Below the pieces are notes generated by a model. That model had not been told where the DNA came from. It ran no database searches and saw only the letters and a program-made list of their open reading frames with translations. DNA of 63,322 bases, the filler included, from Lenisia limosa (taxonomy: Eukaryota; Protista; Breviatea), in the NCBI GenBank assembly GCA_001655205.1. It is 8 parts of 8 records of this genome, joined end to end, with 100 filler letters (N's around TTAATTAATTAA, not from the genome) between each part and the next. Parts side by side here need not be neighbours in the genome. Positions count along the whole stretch, not along the records: positions 1 to 3,230 come from LPNZ01008093.1; positions 3,331 to 30,524 come from LPNZ01010688.1; 6 more parts are not named here. The stretch is one strand, 5' to 3'. Position numbers and translations under genes: made by a program. Of the stretch, positions 1 through 12,721 are shown piece by piece (position 1 is the first letter of the stretch; each line of letters opens with the position of its first letter).

Positions 1-3000
1 GATAGGCTCAACTCCAACCTGGGAAAGGGTAAGTAGTCATAGTAGTACAATTAATAATAATAGTCCAGTATTAATAGTCCAGTATTAATAATAATAATAA
101 AAAAAAGACACAATAGCCCCTCACAATAAATGTTCCAGGTATAATCTTCAAACCAAAAGAACAAAAAAAAATTTTCGGGTTTTATCGGGTTTACCCGTCC
201 AGGCATATATACATGTATATAGCAATGAGAAATAAAAATAAGGTTGAATCTGGCTGAAGCCGTCCACACTATCACGCTTAGAACAGATATTGGATTATAG
301 TATCATATTAATTCACCCAATCATATGATTTATTACCCCTGCCACACACAACTAATACGTATAATATATATATTATATCGTTATATATTTACTATATTAT
401 GACATGCAAACCCCGTCTCCCATACATAGAATAAAAAGAAAGCACACTCACAACTACATATCATAAATAAACCCCGCCACTTACGGTGGTTTCATCGAGG
501 TACACGACTCCGCATCTCGAGACAGTCGCGGGCGACGCGTTGGAAAGGTCCTGGAAAGGGTGAATTGAAAACCTAGTTGGAAAGGTCCTTAACCGATGAA
601 CGATATTATTGGGGGGTAGATCCTAATGTCTTCTTAAGGGCATTATGGGAGTTGGAAAGGGCCTGAAACGGGTAAATGTAATGGCTTGAAGAATGTAAAT
701 TTTGGGCGTAGGAAAGGTCATAAGAAGGTTAGTATTATTCGTTGAAGGTCTTAAAAAAGTGAATTGTTGAACTTTTGAAGAATGTTTATTCCTTTCATTT
801 CTTGCTAGCAGACCTGTAGTTCGAAGATGAAACGGCAGCGATGGTCAACCGGGACTCTTTCACCTACAAAGTTGGAGATGGAATAAATATGACATAATTC
901 GAGCAAGAAAGCAACAACAACAACAATCTTCAACAAACATACCATTAGCGAGGAAAAGAAGCCTCGAATCATCCAGAACAGTATTGAGCGATTCAGCCCA
1001 GCCCGCATCCACAGGGCCGTCAAAGACGACTACGTGCTGGCAAGAGAGCCTGGAGGGGGGTGAGAATACACACACACACACAGAGAGGGGGAATGAATAG
1101 GGGTTCTTTTTTGGTTTTATTTTAATTTTGAAGGGTGGTTGGGAGTGAAATTGAAAAATTTATGAAACGAAAAGCCAAATCAACTTTGTTGGCTGATAAC
1201 ACAACGGCTGACAACAACAAAACAAATAAAGCCCCAGGCCTGTCGCTTCTGCAGGGTAAATGAAAAAAAATAAAAAATGATGGGGTGGGGTTCTCTTTTT
1301 GTTTCTCTTTTTGATTTTTGGAGGGTGGCGGAAGTGGGAAATTTCGATGAATATCTAAATCACATCCCTTCCCCTACTCAGATTTAACGTTGTCTTCATC
1401 TTCGAGGGTTCTGAGCACTGGAGCAGCACGGATGTTGGCAATGGTGGTCTCTGTAGGTGTAAAATAAACACATAATAATAAAATAATCATAAAATAAAAT
1501 ATAATAATATTAAAAACAATCAAATAAATAAATGAAGCATCATAATTCTAATAAAGATTAGAATAAAAAAAAAATAGGGGGGGGGGCAACAAAAATGCGA
1601 ATTGGTGATGGTTGTTTCTGGGAGTTTAACAATAACATTCATAATAAGAATAATATAGTAATAATAAAATAAGGGATGCCTCCACCCCCCACCAAGGCTA
1701 GGCATCTGATACTTGTCAGCCATAGTATTACGAACAGTGGATGACAGCAGCCCGTCTTCCCAAGCCGCAGTCTCGGCGTTCACAGTTCCGAACAAGCGTT
1801 CAACTGATATACTCTTCGGAAAGATTCGGTGGCAGAGGAGGGGGAGAGCTGAGTTGGTGCGCGCAAGTACTCTCGATGCTAAAGGGGTCATATTAGAAAA
1901 TTTATGAAACAACAAAAACAAAAAAAAAACACAAAATCAACTCTGCTGGCTGACTGCACCTAAGCATATCAAGCTCATATATATTTCCCCAACATGCCCA
2001 GGATATATTAATAATCAAGGAACCAGTTTTCTCGATAAATCATCGAAGTATTTTGATAGTTTCCTAATCTATTTCGGACCTGAGTGGGCATATTGGATAT
2101 ATCATATTATTCTATGTGAATACATCCCGATATACCCAGGATAAGACTGTCAATCACAGTACTTTTGCCGACTCCCGTCGGGCCGAAAACCATGACTCCC
2201 TGGGAGGGGGGGGGTAAATTAGAAAATTTATGAAACAAAAAGCCCAAATCAAAATTGGATATAATTATGATAAAAACACATACACACAACACAAAAAAAT
2301 ATTTAAAAAACAGAACATCACCCCCCCCCCCCNNNNNNNNNNNNNNNNNNNNNNNNNNNNNNNNNNNNNNNNNNNNNNNNNNNNNNNNNNNNNNNNNNNN
2401 NNNNNNNNNNNNNNNNNNNNNNNNNNNNNNNNNNNNNNNNNNNNNNNNNNNNNNNNNNNNNNNNNNNNNNNNNNNNNNNNNNNNNNNNNNNNNNNNNNNN
2501 NNNNNNNNNNNNNNNNNNNNNNNNNNNNNNNNNNNNNNNNNNNNNNNNNNNNNNNNNNNNNNNNNNNNNNNNNNNNNNNNNNNNNNNNNNNNTAATAATA
2601 ATCAATATCGGTTTTATATTTTTAGAAGAAGATAACGCCCTCACAGTAGTTGGAGTAGCCTCATTGGTGTTCTGGAAGAGGTCTGCTAACAACGCCATGA
2701 AAGTTTTCCTGTCTTCTCCGGTCAGTTTTGGCGAGACCGCGCGATCCACTGCTGTTCGCACAGCACTGAGCTCATCGTGGCATGTGAGGCCTGGAGGGGA
2801 GGGGGGGGGGGNNNNNNNNNNNNNNNNNNNNNNNNNNNNNNNNNNNNNNNNNNNNNNNNNNNNNNNNNNNNNNNNNNNNNNNNNNNNNNNNNNNNNNNNN
2901 NNNNNNNNNNNNNNNNNNNNNNNNNNNNNNNNNNNNNNNNNNNNNNNNNNNNNNNNNNNNNNNNNNNNNNNNNNNNNNNNNNNNNNNNNNNNNNNNNNNN

Positions 3001-3210
3001 NNNNNNNNNNNNNNNNNNNNNNNNNNNNNNNNNNNNNCTTAATGTTATAAAGTAATTTACCGCAAACCGTCAAAGACGCCCGATTGCTTAGACTCAACAG
3101 GGGCAAGGGACCGAATAGGGACGTCATTCTGCGACTGTGGAGAGAACCCGGGGGTATTCGGGGTACTCGGTTTGTTGTTGGGGGTACCCGGGGTATTTGG
3201 GGTTTCAACA
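1..3210 (-). CDS. Dynein heavy chain, partial, multi-exon (end of AAA1 region through AAA2); continues past window start
   Basis: Spliced exons give [33 protein letters not shown] (~2640-2790), Walker [15 protein letters not shown] (~2110-2200), [25 protein letters not shown] (~1700-1875), [30 protein letters not shown] (~942-1049), [16 protein letters not shown] (~814-867) and [17 protein letters not shown] (~485-550). These are diagnostic dynein motifs with GT-AG junctions. Dynein class not determined. Confidence 0.92.
221..325. repeat. ~100-bp dispersed intronic repeat, family R1 (representative copy)
   Basis: AGCAATGAGAAATAAAAATAAGGTTG(T/A)ATCTGGCTGAAGCCGTCCACACTATCACGCTTA...ATTCACCCAATCAT. 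Copies at ~6463, 19969, 21290, 26268 and 51873, and reversed at ~42645, 54265 and 59140. Confidence 0.85.
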
Positions 3211-3275
3211 GGAGTGATAGAGGCAGGTGANNNNNNNNNNNNNNNNNNNNNNNNNNNNNNNNNNNNNNNNNNNNT

Positions 3276-3287
3276 TAATTAATTAAN
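3276..3287. other. Artificial scaffold linker TTAATTAATTAA inside N runs (also ~30569, 40838, 50076, 51962, 58276, 61153)
   Basis: An identical six-frame-stop 12-mer flanked by N runs occurs seven times. Confidence 0.95.
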
Positions 3288-3329
3288 NNNNNNNNNNNNN
3301 NNNNNNNNNNNNNNNNNNNNNNNNNNNNN

Positions 3330-6300
3330 NTCGGGGTCGAAGTTAACACTCCGATGATAAAGACCACTTCCTTGGTCCAGAGTCGCGTCACCAACCTTCG
3401 ATGTAAAAGCAAGTGCGGTTGGAGAACCTGGCTCAGTCGAAGGACAAAAAGAACCGTAAACGAGCACAACTTGCGTGATTTAGAGTAGTAAAAGTAATTA
3501 TTATTGAGATAAGAGAACAATAACAATTATGATTTTCATAATGAGCAAAAACTTCCTTAAATTCTAGTAAAAAGTAGTTTAAATAGTAAAAAGTAGTTAA
3601 AAGATGACGTTATCAAAACTGTTTTTTCGGATATGCGTGACAATCTTCTGGTTTGGCACCCTGCTTTAAGGGTGGTGGGAAACTATGAAGGGTGGGGTGT
3701 CTTTTCGCGAGAAAATCAGTTTGTCCANNNNNNNNNNNNNNNNNNNNNNNNNNNNNNNNNNNNNNNNNNNNNNNNNNNNNNNNNNNNNNNNNNNNNNNNN
3801 NNNGTTCCCAATGAGCTTGTTGAGGTGTGAACTGGATTGTGGGGTAATAATTGCTATTATTTGACAAATGAATTTCAAAATTTTAAGCAGAACATACATA
3901 TGTAACGAGAACCCCATTTTTGACAGACATTTTAAGTTCAAATTTTTTCCATTAATTTTTAATTGCACGGAGCCCAAGCTAAAGTGCTTCCTAGAACTGC
4001 CTCTATCTCAAGTCTTTGGTGTTGACCCTCAGAAATAGTAGCATGTAATATGTTTTCTTTTCCAATTTTGAAAATCAACAATATTTAAGCAAGAAAACCA
4101 AAAACCAAAAGTCCATATTCCACCCCGAAGCTTCCCACGTGAAGTGTTACGTTGAATGGAGTAAGTAATGGGCTGGACAGCTGAGGGTTGTGGTACCTGG
4201 TACACCTGAACGGGGGGGGGGGTCAGAACAGTCCAAACAATTATCCTTTGAATAAACATGATATTATACATTTTTCTTCCATCCAAGGAAACCAAAATAG
4301 TGGTAGCCCATATTAAGACCGAAATGGTGATACATAGGGTATCGCTTCGGTTCAAAAAAAGTCTGAATTTCTCGATAAATCCTCGAAAACTATCGATATT
4401 TTGCCAGTCTTCTTCGAACCGAAGTGAAGCCCAAGTGATACAACATCAGACCCACATTTGATCTCTGTGACTCTGAGCTGGAATTCTGAAAAATGAGGGG
4501 AGAAAACAAAAGATAAATTATTGAGATTAAGATCTGTTTCGCATCAACAATAATCAAGGTGGAATCTTGCTAAATCCCCCGCCCCTCCCAAAGCTACATA
4601 TGCATGTAGCGGGTTTAATTACTTTATATCATAGGCCTCTTGCTAACAAAAAAAAACATAGTATCACCAAATATGAAACTTTTCGCGTATCAAAATAATC
4701 TGAGTCCAGGGAATGCTAGTCAAGAAGCCCACCCACTCCCGAAGAGTCGTAATCCGAGTCTGAAGGCCANNNNNNNNNNNNNNNNNNNNNNNNNNNNNNN
4801 NNNNNNNNNNNNNNNNNNNCAAACAACTTGTCTGGGGGGGGGGGTAAAATTGGTTATGACACAAAAAAGCCCAAATCAACTATGTTGGCTGTTGGCTGAC
4901 TGATAACAACAAAACAAACAAATCCCAGGCCAGTCGCTTCTGCAGCACCCCATTCCATCGTAAATACATGTTATGAATGGGGAAACAAACAGAGAGAAAC
5001 ACAGCCCTGAGATAACACAAAACATTAAACGGCTCCAGTAAGAGCGAAGAGGGAGAGAGAGCAGCAGGAGGGGGGGGGGGAGTAAAAAAACAAAAAAGAT
5101 NNNNNNNNNNNNNNNNNNNNNNNNNNNNNNNNNNNNNNNNNNNNNNNNNNNNNNNNNNNNNNNNNNNNNNNNNNNNNNNNNNNNNNNNNNNNNNNNNNNN
5201 NNNNNNNNNNNNNNNNNNNNNNNNNAAAAAAAATCCAGATACGCATACGCTGCGGACAAGAAAGCATGCACAAAAATGATACTACACTAAAATTTTGAGT
5301 ATAACGGCGGTAAGACAAACCGATGTGAAGCCAAGAAGAGCCAGTTGAACTTTCCACTTTGTGAAGACTTGGCCAACAAAATAAATCTGTGGAGTAATCA
5401 AAAACCAAACCAGTATGGCTAAACTTCGATTACAACCGTCAACACCATGGATACCACCTCTCAATCAGCTTACCTTGAGATGATAAAGTCCGCGTGGAAG
5501 GTTCATCATTGTCGACGGGTAATAGTAGGATGCAAGATAGCGGAGGTGGAGAATTCGGGCAACAACTAGGGAAGGGGTTAGAAGAGAGGCTGTTAATCAA
5601 GGTAATCAAGATAGTGTAAGGAAACAATGGGTGAAATCGACAACGAGTTTAATAAGTCATTTGGATGGCTTCCTTCTGGTACTGAACATAGTTTTGCTTT
5701 TGAATATTTTTAATTTAAGAAATACTATATCTTCTGCGCTCTCTTGCCACAACTACGTCAATGTCTACATACAGGGAGCTGTTGGGCTAGTGGTTCAATA
5801 AACAAGGCGTGAGATCTTAGCATGTTAAACCACTGACGCCTATTGTACGCGGTAATCTGGTGCTAAGGGTGCACAGACCCCAGGTTTCCGAAGGCAGCAT
5901 TTCGGCAAGGAGTATCTAAGATAGTCCAGTACGGGCCCTCAGCTTCCTCTTCACAGGAGCATCCGAAGAAGTCCAAGCAATGGCCGTGATGCTTCCTGGC
6001 TCGAGGAAGAAAACGAAAATTTGCACCAAGGTGGGTATGGTGTTTGTTCAGAGTATCGGACTAACTATTTGATATCGTTAAAAAACATTTTGCTTCAGCA
6101 CCTGAGGGAAGCACAAAAATATCAAAAGCAAAGTGCAGATAAAACAAAGGAATGTGCGAGAATTACCCCCCCCCCCACNNNNNNNNNNNNNNNNNNNNNN
6201 NNNNNNNNNNNNNNNNNNNNNNNNNNNNNNNNNNNNNNNNNNNNNNNNNNNNNNNNNNNNNCTATGTCTGCCCAGGAAACCATGGAAAACATCCGTAAAT

Positions 6301-9300
6301 TGCTTGGGGTGTCCTTGTACATCTAAAAGCGGTTATAGCGGTGACGCTTGACATAGCATTCTCTCCTCCGACCAAATTCTCCATGCCAATAACTCTTCGC
6401 TTACCCCCGCCAGTCACCACCTCGAAAAGGCATGTTTCCCAACCATAAGTGTACCATAATATAGCAACGAGAAATAAAAAAGTAGTTGTATCTTGCCGAA
6501 GCCATCCACACCATCAGGCTTATAAGAGATATTGGATTATTGTATAATATTAACTCACCCAATCATTTTCCTTTCAACTAAGTGTACCATACCTACCCTG
6601 TACTGAGAAATGAAGGCACATTCAGACTTGGGGATGATATTGGTGTGGAAAGGGCTGAGTCTTGGGTGGTCAGGGTCGCCGTTGTAACAGTCTTGCATGG
6701 ACCCTAGAACTGTCAGAATATTAACGTTGTCACGTGAAATATAAAAGGTAGTCAGATGTGCGCAGTTGCATCCTTTGTGGTGATAAATAATATGCATCTA
6801 TGTGACACAGATGGATCTAGTCTACACGTCAATATAATTCCCTCAACCATCCCCCCCTCCCCCCATAACCCGTAAATCACTCCACAAGAATGCAACTTGT
6901 ATGTAAGTCCGCCCCCAACCCAATTTGACAGGAAGGGCACAGCCTGTTTGCTTCCACGTGGGATGGTCCTGAAAATAAAATCACTACAAGGGGTGGGGGG
7001 GTCTAGTTCTGGGAAATATGAATACTTATGAAGTAGAAATGAGATATAAAACAAGGTAGTATCTAGTAATCATCTTATCTTGGAAAAGGAAAAATTGCTT
7101 ACAACACCATTAGAGTGTAGAAGAATCACTCATAAAGAAGAGCCACCCCTACCTGTTTCCCAAAGCAAAACACGACATCATCTCTCCATGAAATCTCAGG
7201 ACGGGATTTACTACGTAACATAATAACACAGATAAGGGAATCAAAAAGAAGATCCCATGGTGAAGACTCAGCACTTTTAGGTCTACTCTTGCTCTTTAAT
7301 CATACACATATCATAGAGCTATAAGATATGATATATAGTACAAGAAAAGATACATTTCTGCAATAGTATATCATATAGTATCATATCCTTGATATATGTA
7401 ACAGGTGCTTTCTGAATACAGCTGCTCACGTGACAACGTCGTATGTGTCAGTACAGTCTCTGAAGGTCGTGCATATGGACCCTTCGACAAAGTTCAGCAG
7501 GAGTACTTCGAAAGACTGTTCATTAGAAAAGGTATCACAACGGTCATATTAAGATAAACGATGAAGGTATGGGGCGGGGGCAACAGTAGGTGAAAAACTA
7601 TCATAGTATCTTATGACATACTCACAACAATTTTAATAAAACCCAATAATACCGTTTTTGTCGCCAATTCAACTGATTCAAAAGAAGTGACAGGGTTGAA
7701 TTCTGAAGAAATTATGAATGCGGGGAGTGCTTACGGTCACAAAATAGCTCATCTATACCCCTTGATGGAACCCCATCCACCCACCCAAAGCCGCGTAGTC
7801 TTCAGTTTTGATGTCGACAGTGTGGCTGAATAGCACCGTGGATCGCTAACTCATCAAAACAGTCAACACTCCATGCTCCATCCAATCTGTCTTGCCCATC
7901 TTGATTCAGCTATTTGATTGCATTATCGTAGCATCAGAACCCATTACCCCTTTGCTCACCTCTCGGGGGCCATGGTAGTCCGGGAATTCCTCGTATTCTT
8001 CAGGTACAAAGGGAAGGAAAGGCAGGCCAAACTGCTCGTGCCACATGCAAACCCTGCTGTGTGAAGACCGGCGGGACATGAGTTGGTCAAACAGTGGCCA
8101 GGATATGACCGATTTGCAATGTGATTTCCCAAGGAAAATCGGTAAAGATTTTCCCAGTCACTATCATATATAATATACTATAACAATATATTATCTTGAA
8201 AAAAAATTTTTTCTTATCACAAGAGCTCGAGTTAAAAAGCTTCAACAACTTACGAAGAGTTGGTCCGCTCGGAGGTTTCCATTGTATACGGCTCAGGGCA
8301 TGTGAGGACACCATCTGAACTGTCATGTATGATGGGGGGGGGGGGNNNNNNNNNNNNNNNNNNNNNNNNNNNNNNNNNNNNNNNNNNNNNNNNNNNNNNN
8401 NNNNNNNNNNNNNNNNNNNNNNNNNNNNNNNNNNNNNNNNNNNNNNNNNNNNNNNNNNNACATTCGAGAAACATATCTAAGGGTCTTGAAAACAAAAAAA
8501 CACAAACCTAATTCTGCGATAAAATATATTAGAATCATATCTAGCCAAAGCTGAACTCTATTACGTACACTACTATCACCAAACCCTTCATGGCTTCTAT
8601 TTANNNNNNNNNNNNNNNNNNNNNNNNNNNNNNNNNNNNNNNNNNNNNNNNNNNNNNNNNNNNNNNNNNNNNNNNNNNNNNNNNNNNNNNNNNNNNNNNN
8701 NNNNNNNNNNNNNNNNNNNNNNNNNNNNNNNNNNNNNNNNNNNNNNNNNNNNNNNNTTGCCGAAAGCTGCATCGGTTATGATATTTTCCCTTCACAACGC
8801 GATATTGCGATATATCAAGGATGTATTGACACCAGTTCGTTCGACAAAAATAAATCAACCAAAGGCATAAATACTATTCCAACAAGACAATTCAGGTTCT
8901 TTGTTGAGAAGATGAAACATAGAGAAAGAATGCTTATCAATTGAAGAAGAGTATTTCACTAAATCTTGCGTAGAAACCAGAAGCAGAGTAAAACCTGTGG
9001 ATGCCTTGATATGAATGTCATAAGTGCCGGGGTAGAGGTCTGCCGAAACGGGTCCTGCAAGCAAAGTTGACACTCCCTGGGAAAATAAATGGAAAAATAC
9101 AAATGGGCAAAACATTGAAGGGTATCAGGGATCTCAAAAAAAAAGTATTTCTGACTCAAATATACACAGAAATACGGTATCGGAGTTGAATATTCTGTCT
9201 AAAGCCGTCCAAGGTAAAGAGCAGTTTTTTGAAAAAATAAATGTTGTTCTGGCTTTAACACACTTCCTCTGAGACCTAGAGTCCAGACCCCCCCACAAGC

Positions 9301-11090
9301 ACGCAGTAATACGGAAGGAGGTAGAAGAAAGGCGAACACAACAGGGACGACACGAACGTGATGGTGAAGGCAGCCTGCATGATTAATGGAGGTTGGTGGG
9401 ACGAAATATGAGAGAGGAAATGTGAATGCAGAAACATCACTACAAACCACTCTTTCAAAGTAACGGGATATAAACATCACTACAGACCACTCTTTCAAAG
9501 TAACGGATATAAACATCACTACAGACCACTCTTTCAAAGTAATGGGATATAAAAAAAATTATGTTGTGATTCACCCTGTCATTAACAACCCTTGCCCCCG
9601 CAAACAACCAAGGAGAAGTATAGAATATGTAATATCAAAACTCATTCTAGACCCAACAAGCCTGGTATTAAATAAACAGGATGATTTACTCAAAAACAAA
9701 CACCACTTACACAGAGCAAAGGATGCCTCCTTGAGAAGGATATCATTGAGTGCCTCTTTGAAACAGCAGGAAGAAAAGGGGAAGAAGAAGGAGACCCTCT
9801 CGAGGCTGCACTTGCCCTCTATGCCATCAAGGAAGCCCTTAGAGGAAGTGGCAGCTCGGTTGCGCGGGCAAACATGGCAATTCCGCTCAACTCACATCGC
9901 AGTTCCTGTCTCTATTACTTCTTAGCTCTGGTTCTGCTCTGTTTCGTGAATCTTTGTGAGATCTTTGTTCTGCAATATAGCAATATAATTTATAATTACG
10001 AGAGAATAATCAGTGTTGGATTTTTTAAAATTCTGAAATTTCGGATGATTTTCTGCTCATGCGGCCGGAAATTTCAGTCACTCAAGTGGGGGTGACAACA
10101 AAATATCAGGTTTTCCTCTTTGGTGTTTCATGTTTTCTTCAATTATCACTGAACTATCTTCCTCAAATAATCTATAAACTTAAACATTGCCAGTTTGCCA
10201 ATTTGAATGGAATCCGTGTCAGTTTCCTTGAATTTGTGTTAAGTAGTTCCCATAAAACAAAAGACAAACATAAATATCAAAAGACTAAAAAAATATAACA
10301 CAAGACTATACCACACACAAAAAAAACCTATTGTCTATTGTCACCCTTCGAACTCCTTTCAAAAGTCCTCACTTATCTCGATTCTGGTTAATAATAACAA
10401 TTACCTTTGTGAATAAATCATCTCCCAGTGTTCCTAAAGCTAAATACGTTACTTGAGGGTCCGATGAAAGACTAATAGCCTCAAGGTGAACCCAATAGCT
10501 GCAAAATACGTTGAAATTGAAGGTGATTTCAGTGTACTTGTTTATCTTGCCATTTAACATGATACCAAACACAAAGTGTTAGTGATGTCAAGTTGTAAGT
10601 GATGTGAGTTTGCCAATGTGGATTTGACCTGACTGTTAACTCCTGGTTTCACTAACAAATTTGTGACACCTCATTAGACCAGCAATTATTTGAACGAAAA
10701 AGCTGAGAACTTTTCCTAAAAGAAAGAACTTTTATTCTTTGAGAATGCATTGTGGCAATTCAAATGGATTTGGAAAGGTGACCATTATGAAACCTGTAAA
10801 AAGAATCGGAAGTGTTCCCAAAAGCAACATTACTCCTGAAAAAGTCATTCATATCTTGAATTGCAGACAATGGACTTGTCAAGCTATGGTATTGCACCAG
10901 CCTACCAGCCACCCGACACACGGAAATGATTGCCGCACCCTTTTGCCTCTACAATGGAATGAAGAAAACAGCCAGTGTTAACCAACCCAGTGAAAATGGC
11001 GGAAGTCATTTTCAAGTCTTTTGTCCTTGAAGCAGTGCGTCTTTGAGGCAATTCTGGTAAAGGTAACAATCCACTTGCCCATGTCACCAT
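3330..11090 (-). CDS. Multi-exon coding region, product unresolved; possibly the N-terminal tail of the dynein gene across the scaffold gap
   Basis: About 20 open exon-like segments with acceptors/donors, e.g. ~5473-5565 VARILHLRYLASYYYPSTMMNLPRGLYHLK, ~8860-9080 GVSTLLAGPVSADLYPGTYDIHIK, ~10415-10500 YWVHLEAISLSSDPQVTYLALG. No AAA1 motif found. Separated from the dynein exons by the linker at 3276-3287. Confidence 0.45.
9431..9550. repeat. ~40-bp tandem repeat x3 (intronic)
   Basis: Unit AAACATCACTACAGACCACTCTTTCAAAGTAACGGGATAT repeated three times. Confidence 0.9.
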
Positions 11091-11422
11091 TAGGGGCTGA
11101 TATTGAGGGTAGTACTGAGAATCATGAAGATGGGGAAAGTAAGTTGTGAGTATTAGTGTATTGGGAGAGGAAAATGAAAGGTTAGTTGCAAAACAGGAGC
11201 TTGAAAGAGGAGGAGGGCGAGAAATTGGTGAAACTTGCCTTATTCTTGTTTTCCCAACCCTATCAGACTCAGAGCACCAATAAAATCATGTGACAGAATC
11301 CAAAGAAATAATGATAAAAAAATGTATTGAAACATGACAAGTCCAAGTCTTAATGGGCGCAAACGGCTGGAGGACCTGAAGTGTGAGAAGAGTTAACAAA
11401 GAAAAGAAACATAAAAGGAGGT

Positions 11423-11505
11423 GTGTTCAGTCAACTCTTTCTCGGCACTGTGATTTTTTCACTTGGAAACTCTAGTCCGTTTTAATGAGAGGGTCATCAC
11501 CACAA
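11423..11505 (-). ncRNA. Box C/D snoRNA, single-copy family E
   Basis: C box GTGATGA (11494-11500), D box CTGA (11427-11430) and terminal stem TGTG/CACA. The D guide CGAGAAAGAGTT is complementary (one G-U) to conserved SSU rRNA AGCUCUUUCUCG. Confidence 0.75.
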
Positions 11506-11630
11506 GCAAAACAAAGACATCTTGTAGTCCCAACTCACCATCATGAGAAGTTTGAAGAGAGTAGAGCGGACAGCCCTCAATCTAAAAAGTAAGAATAAGC
11601 TGTGAAAGAAAAGCGAAAAATGGGAAGAGT

Positions 11631-11709
11631 ATCTCAGAGGGAAGTCGAGCGAGTTATCATCACGGACTGATACAGATGTACTTTGGGAAGTAAGTTTTTC
11701 TTCACTGAT
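11631..11709 (-). ncRNA. Box C/D snoRNA family C, copy 1
   Basis: ATC/GAT terminal stem, variant C box GTGAAGA, C' GTGATGA and D CTGA. The D guide CGACTTCCCT is complementary to LSU rRNA AGGGAAGUCG. Confidence 0.75.
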
Positions 11710-11850
11710 GGAAAATGATGGGGCATTAGAATTTCATTCAACATACCTTAAAAAGATTGTTGCCACACTGAAGCCGAAGGACTCATAGGGGATCAGATCC
11801 TGAAAGGGTCAATATGGAAAGTAAAAGTTGAAAAGCAGCTACGAAAACGA

Positions 11851-11941
11851 AAAGCCTCATTTTCAGCCTGTTTTTTCAACATAACAGCAAGAGCGAGTAA
11901 CCCAAGCGTCAGCCGGTAATTCCAATGTGTTCATCGACAGA
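11851..11941 (-). ncRNA. Box C/D snoRNA family B, copy 1 (snR77/SNORD65-like)
   Basis: Variant C box TCGATGA, D' CTGA preceded by TGGAATTACCG (complementary to SSU CGGUAAUUCCA), and terminal D CTGA. Confidence 0.8.
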
Positions 11942-12084
11942 TAGTAATAATAAGTGCAAATATAATCTCTCTTCAACTCACCTTGAAGAAAGCCTTCACA
12001 GAAGATGACAGAACGAGAGATAAGGATGAGCTCTGGGGAAAGTAAGAAAGGTTTTGACTTGATTGTCAACAAAGAAACAATAAT

Positions 12085-12158
12085 ATCTCAGACAAGGTTG
12101 AATCAGCGTATGGTGTTGTCATCAAAGGATTCAGTGGAAAGAACGAATCATCATCGAT
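12085..12158 (-). ncRNA. Box C/D snoRNA family A, copy 1
   Basis: atcg-ATGATGA(C)...CTGA(D')...TTGATGA(C')...CTGA(D)-gat, with all four boxes and a terminal stem. Confidence 0.85.
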
Positions 12159-12293
12159 ACGGGGAGAAATGACACATTAGTACTATGATCTAACCTTCAA
12201 CCTTCATAAAATGCAGCCTCATTGCAGCGGTTCAGGACGAAAACTAAGAAGTGAAAAGAGGACATGAGGATAAACAAGAAAATGGCAGTAAAT

Positions 12294-12350
12294 ATCTCAG
12301 ACAAGGTTGAATCAGCGTATGGTGTTGTCATCAAAGGATTCAGTGGAAAG
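12294..12350 (-). ncRNA. Box C/D snoRNA family A, copy 2 (5' end lost in 10-N gap)
   Basis: Identical to copy 1 over the visible 57 nt. Confidence 0.75.
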
Positions 12351-12514
12351 NNNNNNNNNNAGAGCCAGGGAGAGTAGCATTGAAGGAGGTTATTGCTTAC
12401 CATGAAGAATGAAGGTGCTGAAGACAGGCGACAGGCAACTCTGATGGGCTTATTTGCGATTCCTATAAGATGAGAAAAGGGAAAGTAGGTTGAAGGATGT
12501 GTATGAAAGCAAAT

Positions 12515-12588
12515 ATCTCAGACAAGGTTGAATCAGCGTTTGGTGTTGTCATCAAAAAGTTCAGTGGAAAGAACGAATCATCATCGAT
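12515..12588 (-). ncRNA. Box C/D snoRNA family A, copy 3
   Basis: Same boxes, with substitutions mainly in the D'-C' loop. Confidence 0.85.
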
Positions 12589-12721
12589 ATAGGAGGATAG
12601 GTTTCATCTTGCTCAAATTTGCATACCTTGATAGTGCGTATACTGAGCAGACGTGACAAGAAAGATATGAATCTAAGGCGTAAAAAGGGACGTGACGATA
12701 AAAAAGAAAAATCAAGTAAAT

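Noticed and set aside
9700-9960. Plus-strand protein-like frame (EKDIIECLFETAG...LEAALALYAIKEAL)
   Set aside because: An equally open minus frame has a strong GTAAGT donor and matches the neighbouring exons' strand. The strand could not be settled, so it is not reported separately.
1-11090. Tail-less dynein lacking AAA1
   Set aside because: A scaffold gap of unknown size at 3231-3330 lies exactly where AAA1 would be, so its absence cannot be claimed.
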